NCBI RefSeq assembly: GCF_001194135.2
Contig: NC_068981.1
Span: forward strand, 179,951,946 to 179,990,954
From: Octopus bimaculoides
Lineage: Eukaryota
Direction: 5' to 3'
Length of the DNA stretch: 39,009 nucleotides
The translations under genes and the position numbers were made by a program. Positions 1 to 12,700 of the stretch are shown in pieces. Below the pieces are notes generated by a model, which worked only from the letters and a program-made list of their open reading frames with translations, made no database searches and was not told the origin of the DNA. Numbering within the stretch: position 1 is the first letter of the stretch; every line of letters starts with the position of its first letter.

Positions 1-31
<31 letters not shown>

Positions 32-32
32 T
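1..32. repeat. (TA)n microsatellite
   Basis: Direct reading: TA repeat with one TT interruption. Confidence 0.95.
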
Positions 33-960
33 AAAGGGTAAAAATCATTAATGATTTTACCAGGGAGGGGGTCAGCGCGGAAATGAAAACCTTATAGGTA
101 AATTTTACAAATATTTTAATAATTATATACATAATTATAACAAGGGATTGTCCATAAGCCTCTCCACGCGCTGGGAAAATAGACGCCAAAAGACGGTATT
201 CTTTCGCCCGACTACAGTGCAATTTTTTTTTCTCGGAGTTTTTAAGGTTGTAACAGTGTCATTTGGTGTCTATTCTTCTAACGCGAGAAAGGGCTTTTAG
301 TCAATCCCTTCTTATAATTACGTACGTAATTATTAATGTACACACACCCATATATATATATATATACGAACAGCACCTCCGTATACTTGCTCACTCACTC
401 AGGACATGAGAGTTTGTGCGATCGCGATTCAGTGCATTTTGTTCGCAACTATAATTATATATGTACATATGTACATATGTCTATATATATATATAGATAT
501 ATATATATATATATACGTTGCGTATATATGTATGTAGCCAACATATTAACATTCGTATGTTATGAAATAAACTCAGACACAAACGAGCAATTATATTTAT
601 AACCTAATGTTTACTAATATTTATACACCCACATACATACGTACAACCATATGTGTGTGTGTGTGTGTGTGTGTGTAGGTACATGTATACGGACGTAGAA
701 GAGTTTGCAAAACCTCAGAGTAACTCCTGCACATTCTGTGCGTACATACATGCATATATACATACACATACATGTATACAAACATATATATCGTATATTC
801 TGCATATGCGTAATACATCCTACATTATACCGCCTACATTCATGCACATATACACGCACCCATCCCAATATTGTCCTCCTACTTATACGCGTGCACTTTG
901 GGATCAGTATACATATATATATATGAGGATTTACTATATATANNNNNNNNNNTATATGTA

Positions 961-1150
961 TAGTAAATCCTCAAAAGAAGAAGAACAAACACAAAAAAAC
1001 ACAAGAACGCAGGACGTGGTACATGTAAAGTATTAGCAGACATTCGGGGAAGGGAAGAATGATGGTTTAACGTTTCGAACAACGCTCTTCTTTAAAAAAA
1101 AAAAGAGGCAAGTCCAACAGAAAGGAAGACGGAAGAAGAAAATCGCCCAC
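961..1150 (-). mobile_element. Probable Penelope-like element terminal segment with degenerate minimal hammerhead-like motif
   Basis: Minus strand 1095-1068 reads TTAAAGA-A-GAGC-GTT-GTTC-GAAAC-GTTA, matching the CUGANGA-stemII-GAAAC layout with a broken core. The segment abuts (TA)n, and the same layout recurs at 12859-12886. Confidence 0.35.
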
Positions 1151-1354
1151 ACACACACATATATACATACATATATACATACATGCATAAAGACGTATTC
1201 ATCTAAAAGAAAACTGCCCTGTATGCTCGTTCTTAGAGATATAGACACTGATATATTTTCAAATAGTAGGCTGTGAACAACAAGCAAAATTAGTAAACAG
1301 AAAGGAGACGCAGTCATCTAACCATTCCACTCATAAATAAAAACAAAAAGAAAA

Positions 1355-1357
1355 CAG

Positions 1358-1456
<99 letters not shown>

Positions 1457-1483
1457 TGATGATGATGATGATGATGATGACGA
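1355..1483. repeat. Compound trinucleotide microsatellite (CAA)n(TAA)n(TGA)n
   Basis: Direct reading. Confidence 0.95.
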
Positions 1484-2346
1484 TTAACAACCTACTAATA
1501 AAGTGAAATTCTTCAAAATGAAAAAGAAGTTTACACAGGAATTAGCTGTAATATAATCAAGATAACTCGTGAAAAGAAAAAGATAGAAACGGAATAAATC
1601 TGCGAATAATGACCATTTCCTTTCATTCAAAATGTATTTTGGGCGAAACTAGATATATACAAATCTGAATTTAAAATGATGTCAAACTTCAAAAAAGACC
1701 ATTTTTTTCTGTCTTTCTTTCATTTAATGATTATCTTGGTTATTTGAAATAGATTATGATAGCTATCAAGATATCAACGTTGCCAGGCTTTATACAAAAG
1801 ATTTAGAGTTTTACACGCTTTTAAAACTGCACCTAATGCACTTTTTTTTTAAAGTGTGATAAGGCAGTTGTATTATTAGTTAACTACGAAGGCCTATTTT
1901 ATAATCTTTTGTCAAAACTTCAGGAGGAGCACTTGCGGTATATACGCTATGGTGAATTATAAATGAGTTTGGACAAAAAAAAATTGTACAAAAACGAAAC
2001 AAGCAAGTAATTATGAATATATTAGATGAAGAGGCAGCATTTTCTTTTAGAAAACCCATCATATTTTTTTTTACTTTTATACCTAAGTAACACACACACG
2101 GGGAGAGACTTGAAGTATATAGGTTTCTGTATATTAATGTGTTTATAATGTAATATGTTTACTGTGGTTTAAATTTGTTATGATGTGATATGTTTACGAT
2201 GGCTTCCTTCTAAACAAACAGCCAGGAAATATCTATTATAGAAAACGTCATTGTCGTTGCACTTTCGAGGTCATTGAATCCACACATATTACGTAACAAC
2301 ACGTTGCTCTAGTAAGTGCAGTTGCGTAGTTTGAGAAGAGGAAAAT

Positions 2347-2888
2347 GAAGAAGAAGAAGAAGAAGAAGAAGAAGGGGAGGAGAAGGAGAAGAAGAAGAAG
2401 GGGAGGAGAAGAAGAAGAAGAAGAAGAAGAAGAAGAAGAAGAAGAAGAAGAAGAAGAAGGGGAGAAGAAGAAGAAGAAGAAGAAGAAGAAGAAGAAGAAG
2501 CAGAAGGGGAGGAGAAGAAGAAGAAGGGGAGGAGAAGAAGAAGAAGAAGAAGAAGGGGAGGAAAAGAAAAAGAAGAAGAGGAAGGAGAAGAACGAAGAAG
2601 AAGAAGAAGAAGGGGAGGAGAAGGAGAAGAAGAAGAAGGGGAGGAGAAGAAGAAGAAGAAGAAGAAGAAGAAGAAGAAGAAGGAGAAGAAGAAGAAGAAG
2701 AAGAAGGGGAGGAGAAGAATAAGAAGGGGAGGAGAAGGAGAAGAATAAGAAGGGGAGGAGAAGGAGAAGAAGGGGAGGAGAAGAAGAAGAAGAAGAAGAA
2801 GAAGAGGAAAAGAAAAAGAAGAAGAGGAAGAAGAAGAATGAAAAAGAAGAAGAAGAAGAAGAAGAAGAAGAAGAAGAAGAAGAAGAGC

Positions 2889-2947
<59 letters not shown>
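2347..2947. repeat. Interrupted (GAA)n/GGA array followed by (CAA)n
   Basis: Near-pure purine tract on the + strand with recurring GAAGGGGAGGAGAAG; (CAA)n at 2888-2947. Confidence 0.95.
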
Positions 2948-3403
2948 GACCATCATCTCACTTAAAAGCTAGCTTATTCCGTTTCCATCAGGAAGAGATG
3001 TATCCTGAAAGCAGGAGTGTTTCATAAAAATGCTTTATAAAAACTGCAGTGCAATACAGTTAAGCAGGATGCAAATGAGACCAAATAAATGAAACATTAG
3101 AAGTGAAGCATTTGTTTATATTTTATTTCAAATATTTTTGTTATTGCTCTTTTAGTTTTTTTTATTAATTCTTTATAATTCTTTACTCTTCTTAATGTAT
3201 TGAATTCCTTCACCTCACAAAGATCATAGATGAATATTCTTTATACACAGCACAGCGTAACGCATTTCTCAATATCCACCAAAAACCAAAAGAATATTCT
3301 GAATAAGCTGCTTGTGTAGAGAGTGTTCAGCTCTGGGTATTCTAATCACCACAGAAGTGAAACACCTTTATAAACTGAAAACTAACCACTTTTCATCATA
3401 TTT

Positions 3404-3407
<4 letters not shown>

Positions 3408-3437
<30 letters not shown>

Positions 3438-3439
3438 TG

Positions 3440-3473
<34 letters not shown>

Positions 3474-3745
3474 NNNNNNNNNNNNNNNNNNNNNNNNNNN
3501 NNNNNNNNNNNNNNNNNNNNNNNNNNNNNNNNNNNNNNNNNNNATATATATGTATATATGTATTATGTATTTATGTATGTATGTATGTATACATACACAT
3601 ATAAATGTATGTGTATGTATATATGCATATATATAATATATTTATAATAATACATACACACATACACACTCATATACATACATGCATACATACATACATA
3701 CATACATACATACATAAATACACACATACATACAAACATACATAT
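3408..3745. repeat. (TATG)n/(TA)n/(CATA)n microsatellite cluster spanning a gap
   Basis: Direct reading; N-gap at 3474-3543. Confidence 0.9.
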
Positions 3746-5410
3746 GATGAATTATATACTTAAAATTGAAGTGTGTATTTCTGCAACGATTCTATTAAAT
3801 AATTTCAATACATAGTGAAAATTTAAAATTCTATGCTAAAATGTAGAGAATTAGAAGCTGTACATAACAATAAAAAAAAAGAGGCTCTTAATATTGTATG
3901 TGATACAATATTTCATTCACCGTTCCCTCTTCAGATACTCTTTCGCGATATCATTAAGATACACAACCCTCGTGTATTCATATATATTTTGTTTGAAAAT
4001 TGTGATTTAGAATTACAAAAAAAAAAAAAGATAAAAAGATGAGAGAGGAAAATATGTAATTCGATTAGGAATTTATTTACTAAATATTTGTGTATGAAAG
4101 AAATTTTCATGGAATTGCAATATAATTTCACCAAGAAAACAAATTATGTTTCTTATATAACAAAATTGTAATGGTAATTACGATAACTTCAAAATACAAA
4201 CAACAAATTATCTGTCATTACGTTATGAAACCCTAAAACTTACAATAAAAAATATACCCATATATATATATATAAGTGAAATATAGAGAAAAGTTATATT
4301 TTCTAACCTTTGATGTCTCCATTTTTCTTTTTTCTTTTTCTCGGTTTTTTTTTCAGATCGATTTTAAAATTGTCGTCTGCTTCTCGCTTGTGTTTACGCT
4401 ATACCATATTACGACACGTCTTTCTATATGAGTTTGACCGACTTCTCCCTCCTACACCCTAACGTGTTGGCTGTCTCGTTCTTATTTGTAACAAGTCTTT
4501 CTGTTTTACACGGTACATTTATTGCATATAAAGGTAGTTATAATGTCATACGTATATAGGTTAGATTGTTCAAAAATCGAATGACTAATTTTCTTCCATT
4601 TATTCATCTTCCAATAAATATAGGAAAATTTGACTGAAGGCAGAATAAAAAGTAATTGTGCCTCTCTAGAAAGAACAAAATTGGTGCTTGTGCCGACTAT
4701 ATTTCAAATAGTAACTTCAACGTATCTATCCTCAAACGCATTCATATACACTTGAACAGATATGTATTTTTTTTTATATTTTAATAAGAAGGGAATGCTG
4801 TAGCTTTCACGTTTTATAGGGATTCCTAAAACAGGTGAAATGGAAGGAAGAAAGTATCTTGAAACTGGAAACCCGGCCCAGTTTCTTTGAACAGAATGGA
4901 ATCTACTAAAGGCACCCAAAAGATATTTCACTCAAAAGCTGTTATCTCATGGGCGTCACCTGAGATACGAACATTATGTCTACCGTTTTCTTCTTGCAGA
5001 TGTTAGTTGTTTAAGGTACGGCAAAACAAACTCAAGAATCAACTGTGGCACGTAAAGAACAAAACTGTATTTAACATACAAGTAAAAACATTTTTGGTAG
5101 CTTTGTCTATTTAATTTTCATTCATGCGGTTCAATTACATTTAAACTTCAATAAAAGTTTCTTGTTCCTCCTGATAGTTTAGACATATAAATTATGAATT
5201 GCCTAGATGAAGATTGGGACAACTGTGACTAGAAATATAGTGTAATAAACTAATTCCTTACCTCCACAATTGAGTTTATGCTAAAATTGATATTTTATTA
5301 AGTTTCTCTTAAGCATCAACATGCACATCCCCCCAAATTCATTAACAACGGTAAGGGAACTTATTACATGTATACAGGCATTCACATACACGCACATATA
5401 CAAATGCATA

Positions 5411-5426
5411 TAGATAGATAGATAGG

Positions 5427-5490
<64 letters not shown>

Positions 5491-5511
5491 CACACAGACA
5501 GATAGATAGAT
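5411..5511. repeat. (GATA)n microsatellite
   Basis: Direct reading, with a short GACA interruption. Confidence 0.95.
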
Positions 5512-6002
5512 TTTTACGTATGTATGTGTGAGTGTGTGTCTATGAAGCAGCCTTTGTAAGAAATATCAATTAGACAATTCAGGTTATAATGGATGTGTTA
5601 ANNNNNNNNNNNNNNNNNNNNNNNNNNNNNNNNNNNNNNNNNNNNNNNNNNNNNNNNNNNNNNNNNNNNNNNNNNNNNNNNNNNNNNNNNNNNNNNNNNN
5701 NNNNNNNNNNNNNNNNNNNNNNNNNNNNNNNNNNNNNNNNNNNNNNNNNNNNNNNNNNNNNNNNNNNNNNNNNNNNNNNNNNNNNNNNNNNNNNNNNNNN
5801 NNNNNNNNNNNNNNNNNNNNNNNNNNNNNNNNNNNNNNNNNNNNNNNNNNNNNNNNNNNNNNNNNNNNNNNNNNNNNNNNNNNNNNNNNNNNNNNNNNNN
5901 NNNNNNNNNNNNNNNNNNNNNNNNNNNNNNNNNNNNNNNNNNNNNNNNNNNNNNNNNNNNNNNNNNNNNNNNNNNNNNNNNNNNNNNNNNNNNNNNNNNN
6001 NN

Positions 6003-6035
<33 letters not shown>

Positions 6036-6334
6036 TATGAGAGGTAATGATGTCAATAAGACCCAAATGTGTCAGGTAATGCTGAGTAAGTGCTATGGAC
6101 AGACCATAGTTAAGCTCCAGGTTCGGTGATAATGCGGATAAGAAGTCCAACGTAGGTCATATATCAGCATGCGTATATATAAAAAAAATTCAGAATGAGA
6201 TAAAAATCCAAGGCTGTGAAAGATTTTAGAACATTTATAAATAGAAGGTCTTACAGCTGTTTCGGGATAATTTATATATTCCTTCATCGGAAACGGTATG
6301 AGGAAATGGTTAAGCAATAGTTAATTTAGATAAG

Positions 6335-6593
6335 AGGCGCAGGAATGGCTGTGTGGTAAGTAGCTTGCTTACCAACCACATGGTTCCGGGTTCAGTCCCA
6401 CTGCGTGGCACCTTGGGCAAGTGTCTACTACTATAGCCTCGGGCCGACCAAACCCGATAGAATAAGTACTAGGCTTACAAAGAATAAGTTGTGAGTTCGA
6501 TTTTCTCGACTAAAGGCGGTGCTCCAGCATGGCCGCAGTCAAATGACTGAAGCAAGTAAAAGAGTAAAAAAAAAGAGTAAAAGAGTAAAAGAG
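6335..6593 (+). mobile_element. tRNA-derived SINE, family A, internally deleted
   Basis: Head AGGCGCAGGAATGGCTGTGTGG (A-box-like), GGGTTCAGTCCC (B-box-like), CCTTGGGCAAGTG core-like motif and tail (GAGTAAAA)n. It lacks the middle present in the copies at 14516 and 22329. Confidence 0.9.
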
Positions 6594-7699
6594 CCTTGGA
6601 GTTTTTCTCNNNNNNNNNNNNNNNNNNNNNNNNNNNNNNNNNNNNNNNNNNNNNNNNNNNNNNTATATATATATATATATGCGTACATGCATGCTTACAT
6701 AATTCGCATATATATAAATATATTTATAAATAGATACACACATACACACATCTCTATATATATACATATATATGTATATATGTATGTTTGTATGTATGTA
6801 TGTGTGTATGCATGTATGTATAAAGAGAGAGGATTGGGAGAGCTTACGGATTAATATAACGACATTTGCTATGAAAATTCTCTCGGTTTTAATCCAAACA
6901 CGAAAAGAAGGCGACCAGAAATTTAAATATCGAGATTCTACTCTTCGTTAGACAACCCTTACGCCTAGTTCATTCGAAACACATGTTCATTCATTTTTGG
7001 TGTAAACTCTCAGAAGCATTCTAATACGTGCAAGATAATGTACTACTTTGATAGAAATCAACAGATAATAAATCATCATGCTCTTGTTTCTGCCAGAATG
7101 CCGTTTATAACCAGAAGCTGGATTAGCACGAAAACATTGAACGATTTATGTTTTACAGAATAGTATTTATGATTATTCATGTTATCGGGGAAACGGACAT
7201 GGACTTTCTCTACAACAGTTTCTTACAACATGTGTTGTAACTAAGTGTAAGCGCAAAATCACCTGTATGCATAATGATATTAAATATTAAGAATATTTCC
7301 TTAACTAATATACATATTGAAGTTCTTCAAAATGTGTACATTACAAGGAAAGTTGAAATGAACTTTCTCATTTGGGTCGTAGATTATTTTTGTTAACTCC
7401 TAATCTACAATAATTTGAAATTTTCATTTCTCTCTACTTAGGATATCTTTATTGACTTGGTTACACACGGTAAAATTTTCCTCTAAACATTGATATTCGA
7501 GGGTGATATCCCTCTCCTTAGCTTCGCACAATAGGTACCAGATCCAATCCATGTCCTCACTAATCAGTCTTCATGCTCTCTCTCCTCTCTCTTTCTTTCT
7601 CGTCTTCTATTCCCCCCTCTCTCGTCTCCCTCCCCCTCTCTTTCATGCAATATATCCCGATATTGAAGTATGGTAAGAGAGTCCCATTCTACAGAAGGG

Positions 7700-8135
7700 C
7701 AACCCTTTAATACTGCAAGCTATTGTCTTCTCTTATTCACTTGTAACATCTCACATACAACAGGAATTACCATCAACCACAACCTCCCCATCATCTTGGA
7801 GTCCTCCTTCTTTCTTACTGAACTCCAGTGCGGTTTCGTAAAATCATACCCTGGACATCTACTTTCTTCTTTTGCTCATCCGTGGGCCTTCACCCTCGAA
7901 TATTCACAGGAAAGGCATTTGTTGCATTCAGCATCTGTATATCATTCCATCATCTCTGGCACGCGAATACTCCATAAAACTCTCTGCTTATGAGCTACAT
8001 CGATCCTTGGATCATTTGTTTCGTTTCAAATGTCAAGAAATGGTGTGTATTTATGGACGAGCTCACTTTCACTTACCCTCCATCAACAAAGTTCAATGGT
8101 TCGGTTTTGTTTCACCCTCCTCCTTCTATCTCACA
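7700..8135 (+). pseudogene. Decayed reverse transcriptase fragment of a jockey/CR1-type LINE
   Basis: Across frameshifts it reads NTASYCLLL..NHNLPIILESSFFLTELQCGF..GHLLSSFAHPW, GKAFVAFSI, KLSAYELHRSL, IYG..SINKVQWFGFVSPSSFYL. These are colinear with the RT motifs NYRPIAL..QYGF..DLL..W..VALDISKAF..KL.SYG..VDG..INSGVPQGSVLSPTLF. Confidence 0.6.
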
Positions 8136-8747
8136 ATTATTATGATGATGACACGTGACAGCGAATGCACTTCCTCGCCCTTTAACCCAAGGCAATCAAA
8201 CGCCACTCACATGCAACCTTCGATCCTCACAATAAATCTGTGCTGACTCCGTCTGCAGAGACTTCGAAAACATGACAAATCGTGACTCTTTAAACAACTC
8301 AAAAATCGGTTTTACTCCCATACAAGCAAGCGCGACAAAACACACGCACTCATGCACACACACTCACACACGTAGGCACACACACGGACACACACTTACA
8401 CACACACAAACACACACACACAAATACACACATACACAAAACGCATGCGCAGACATGCTAAGCTGCATCCAAATGAAAGCTATTCGGCCGATTGGCATAA
8501 GTCTTTCACAAACATGCATTTAGCCTTTGACATGTTTCTTCACCTTTCGTTGTTTATTTTTTCTACCACCACAGCGGCCAAGTGTCTGAAATAAAGTTAT
8601 CTTGACTCAGTTGCGTGTGGCTTCAAAGTCAAAGAAATACTGGAAAATATTAGATAGGTGTTGTAGCAATACAGAAGTGGATATTAATTATATTCATTGA
8701 ATAATAATAATGATGATTATAATCATAATCATAATAATAATAATAAT

Positions 8748-9106
8748 AATGACAACGTTTCTCTAAAAGAAATGGAAAAACTTTCAAAATACAAAGACCT
8801 GGAAATAGAGATAACTCGAATGTGGAATCTAAAAACAGAAACAATTCCTATCATAGTAGGTGCCTTAGGTATAATAAAAAAATATTCAGACAAATACATA
8901 ACAAAAACACCAGGACTTACAAATATATATAACATACAGAAAATTGCACTACTGGGTACTGCACACATTCTACGCAAAACACTTTCAATACATTAAACAT
9001 AAGAGCACCACAGCACATACCCAAGGCGCACAGAGCTGCGCTCGGTAGTGAAGTGAAAGCACGTTATAAAAATAAAACTACTGAATAATAATAATAATAA
9101 TAATAA
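8748..9106 (+). mobile_element. 5'-truncated R4/Dong-type non-LTR retrotransposon (end of restriction-like endonuclease domain, 3' UTR, (TAA)n tail)
   Basis: Open frame DNVSLKEMEKLSKYKDLEIEITRMWNLKTETIPIIVGALG...QKIALLGTAHILRKTLS matches the KE.EK..KY.DL..EI.R.W...PIV.GALG C-terminus of RLE-type elements. TAA repeats lie on both sides. Confidence 0.8.
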
Positions 9107-9253
9107 ACATTCACTTGAACAAAACTGTACAAATCCAAATATATGGTACCCTAGGCATAACACCTACATGAACTTCTAACTTGTTGTCTCTTGAGGTCTC
9201 TGGGTGAGACTTGGATCCAACTTGTACAAATGCAAAACAAAAGCCAAACATAA

Positions 9254-9297
<44 letters not shown>
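9107..9297 (+). mobile_element. Probable second non-LTR 3' UTR fragment ending in (TAA)n
   Basis: ~145 bp of complex sequence between two (TAA)n tracts, with GAGGTCTCTGGGTGAGACTTGG near its end. The R4-like assignment is inferred from context. Confidence 0.45.
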
Positions 9298-9325
<28 letters not shown>

Positions 9326-9396
9326 AAGAAGAAGAAGAAGAAGAAGAAGAAGAAGAAGAAGAAGAAGAAGAAGAAGAAGAAGAAGAAGAAGAAGAA
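9251..9396. repeat. (TAA)n(GAA)n compound microsatellite
   Basis: Direct reading. Confidence 0.95.
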
Positions 9397-10260
9397 TAAT
9401 GCTTGTTATGACAAGAGATGGAAAACAGGAGTACGCTGAAATGTTTTAAGTGAACATTACGAGCGGAAAATCTTGAACGTATTCAATAAAGTGGTAAGAT
9501 CAGTCTTGCGCAAACGTACACAGACACGCATCGTCAAACACATACACACACGCGCGCGCACAGCACGCATACGCATACATGAATATGTACACACATGTTG
9601 AAATGTCACACACACAAACACGAGTACACATAAGTATGTATATATATATATATATATATATATGTTANNNNNNNNNNNNNNNNNNNNNNNNNNNNNNNNN
9701 NNNNNNNNNNNNNNNNNNNNNNNNNNNNNNNNNNNNNNNNNNNNNNNNNNNNNNNNNNNNNNNNNNNNNNNNNNNNNNNNNNNNNNNNNNNNNNNNNNNN
9801 NNNNNNNNNNNNNNNNNNNNNNNNNNNNNNNNNNNNNNNNNNNNNNNNNNNNNNNNNNNNNNNNNNNNNNNNNNNNNNNNNNNNNNNNNNNNNNNNNNNN
9901 NNNNNNNNNNNNNNNNNNNNNNNNNNNNNNNNNNNNNNNNNNNNNNNNNNNNNNNNNNNNNNNNNNNNNNNNNNNNNNNNNNNNNNNNNNNNNNNNNNNN
10001 NNNNNNNNNNNNNNNNNNNNNNNNNNNNNNNNNNNNNNNNNNNNNNNNNNNNNNNNNNNNNNNNNNNNNNNNNNNNNNNNNNNNNNNNNNNNNNNNNNNN
10101 NNNNNNNNNNNNNNNNNNNNNNNNNNNNNNNNNNNNNNNNNNNNNNNNNNNNNNNNNNNNNNNNNNNNNNNNNNNNNNNNNNNNNNNNNNNNNNNNNNNN
10201 NNNNNNNNNNNNNNNNNNNNNNNNNNNNNNNNNNNNNNNNNNNNNNNNNNNNNNNNNNNN

Positions 10261-10308
<48 letters not shown>

Positions 10309-10858
10309 TAAAAATATATACATAGACATCTATATGAGAATATCTATATGTATATTGTGTATTATGCATATATTTATATATAGGCATGCAGGCCGGAGGG
10401 GTTTACCATATGTGTTATGTAGAGAATTACAAAGAAATAAAACACTTCGATTAACAGTGATTTATCCATGCAATTAACCGAGAAAAACTCCCTCTAGGGA
10501 TATTTCAAATTGTAGATATTTACCCTTCTTTTCTTTCTTCATGTTAGATCTTAAACATCGCCAGAGTGAATTTTTACCAACTAATTGCTGAAATAATCAT
10601 TTCTGTTAATCGAAAGTTTTTCAAACCATTATATAGCAAATATGAGATCTTTCAATACGTATATTTAATGTAAAGAACACTCTCTACCCTGAAGTACTTA
10701 TGTTTTAGCCCCATTGTTAATATTCATAATCAGTATCACTACATAACCTATATATATATACATATATATATATATATGCACAGACATATATATACACATT
10801 CTTTTATTCTTTTATGTGTTTCAGCGCTAAGGCTTTGACCATGCAGGAGCATACATAC

Positions 10859-10920
<62 letters not shown>

Positions 10921-11146
10921 GTATGAATGTATATTTAGTTATACATAAATATATATATGTATACATACATAGATACATATATGTTGGACATAATATACTG
11001 TAGCCAGCCACGAATAGCATAGGACCTCTTATGAGAGTACTGGTAGACATCTGCCATATACAAAATGCGAAGATGTGTATACGTATATGTGTGTGTGAGA
11101 GTTACATTTATCCCTTAGACGGTTGCAAAACCTCTAACTCTTAATT

Positions 11147-11177
<31 letters not shown>

Positions 11178-11481
11178 GCACTTTCATTTTTAGTTTACAA
11201 AAAATATCCTCTAACATGCCAAGTACATCGAGTACCCCTTCCTCAGTTGCTCGACATTAAGCAACGTAAAAACGAATAACGTACGAGCAGATAGCACCCT
11301 CGAAACTGAATAGAGAAATGCACCAGGCATCGAACTGAACACGGAACAACATAAAGCAAAATCAGACGTTAGCTTTAGTTTTAAGAAACTGAAATTCAAC
11401 ATTTTACTACAGTTTACACATTTAACAAACTTCTACGTTTTACACATTCTTTTGAACACGCCTTCTTTATTTGTTCGTTTT

Positions 11482-12700
11482 TGGAACACTTAGTATCATA
11501 CCATCATAATTTTGAAATATCTATAAAACCGTCAAAAGCTTGTTTATTCTTATGTGTTTTTTTTTTTTTATTAGTGTTGCTTAATATGTTTTTCTAAGAT
11601 TGCTGTTTCTTTTCAGATATCATCAGAAAAGAGTAATTTAAATTCAGTAAAATGACAGATCTATCGAACTTTCAAAGAGGTCAAATTTCTGGCAGGCGCT
11701 AGCATGACGAAAACAAATGAAATGCTTGGGGTATCAAGAAGTACTGTCACGAAAGGGGAAAAAGATCTCCTCGTCGAAACAAAACTCCGGAAGAAGACCA
11801 AAACTTTCAGACAGGGACCGTCAGATGTGAATTCTTAGAAAGGATCACAAAAGTACAGCTCTCAAATTACTGCAAAGTTTAATGACCACCTTGAGAACCC
11901 AGTTTGCACAAAAACTGTTCGCCGGGAGCTGCACAAAGCCGGATTTCACGGGAAGGCTGCAATCAGAAAAGCCACTACTTTCAAAAACAAACGTTGCAAA
12001 GCGCTTAGAGTGGGGTAAAACATACAGAATTGGTCCCTAGAGCAGTGGAAGAATGTTATTTTCTCGGACGAATCATCCTTTATCTTATTTCCGACCACCG
12101 GCCGAGTATACTTGTGGAGACAGCCAAAAGAAGCATTTGACTCAGACTGCCTTCTTCCGACTGTTAAACATGAAGGAGGATCTGTGATTATCTGGTGGGG
12201 GGGGGGCTATATCTTGGAAATCCGCCGGCCCAATGGCGTTCCTTCACGGTAGAATTAATAATCAAGAATATTTAAGCATTTTATCTGATCAAATTCATCC
12301 TATGGTTGCGGAACTGTTTCCGGAGGAAAACGCAATCTTTCAAGATGATAATGCACCAATTCACACAGCTAAAGTTGTTACTGAATGGCGCGAGGAACAT
12401 TCTAGTGAAGTTGAACACCTTATCTGGCCACCACAGTCCCAGATCTCAGTATTATTGAACATTTATGGTGCATTTTAGAAAGACATGTAAGGAGTCGATA
12501 TCCTCCACCATCATCACTACAAGAACTGGAGACTGTTTTAGCTGAAGAATGGACAAAAATTCCTTTGGAAACAATTCAAACTTTGTTCGAGTTCATACCT
12601 CGTGGAATTCAAGCTGTAATTACTGCCAAAGGCGGTCCTACCTGATATTAAAATGAATTTGCTTGAAATTCTAAGGCATTTCCATTATTTTGTCCAACCC

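Noticed and set aside
37-61. Near-palindrome GGTAAAAATCATTAATGATTTTACC next to (TA)n
   Set aside because: Real but short and AT-rich. It may be the end of an unclassified repeat (33-335), but no second copy in the window supports a call.
2309-2956. 215-aa and 125-aa ORFs (poly-L/F/S; poly-K/E/R)
   Set aside because: Translations of the GAA/CAA microsatellite with no non-repetitive coding content.
4831-5055. Selenoprotein-like ORF with in-frame TGA at 4888-4890
   Set aside because: No recognisable selenoprotein motif or SECIS seen; chance or an exon boundary at 4895 explains it more simply.
10984-10998. GTTGGACATAAT as the left TIR of the Tc1 element
   Set aside because: Only an 8-bp match inside TA-rich sequence and too far from the ATG; the remnant at 11482 fits better.
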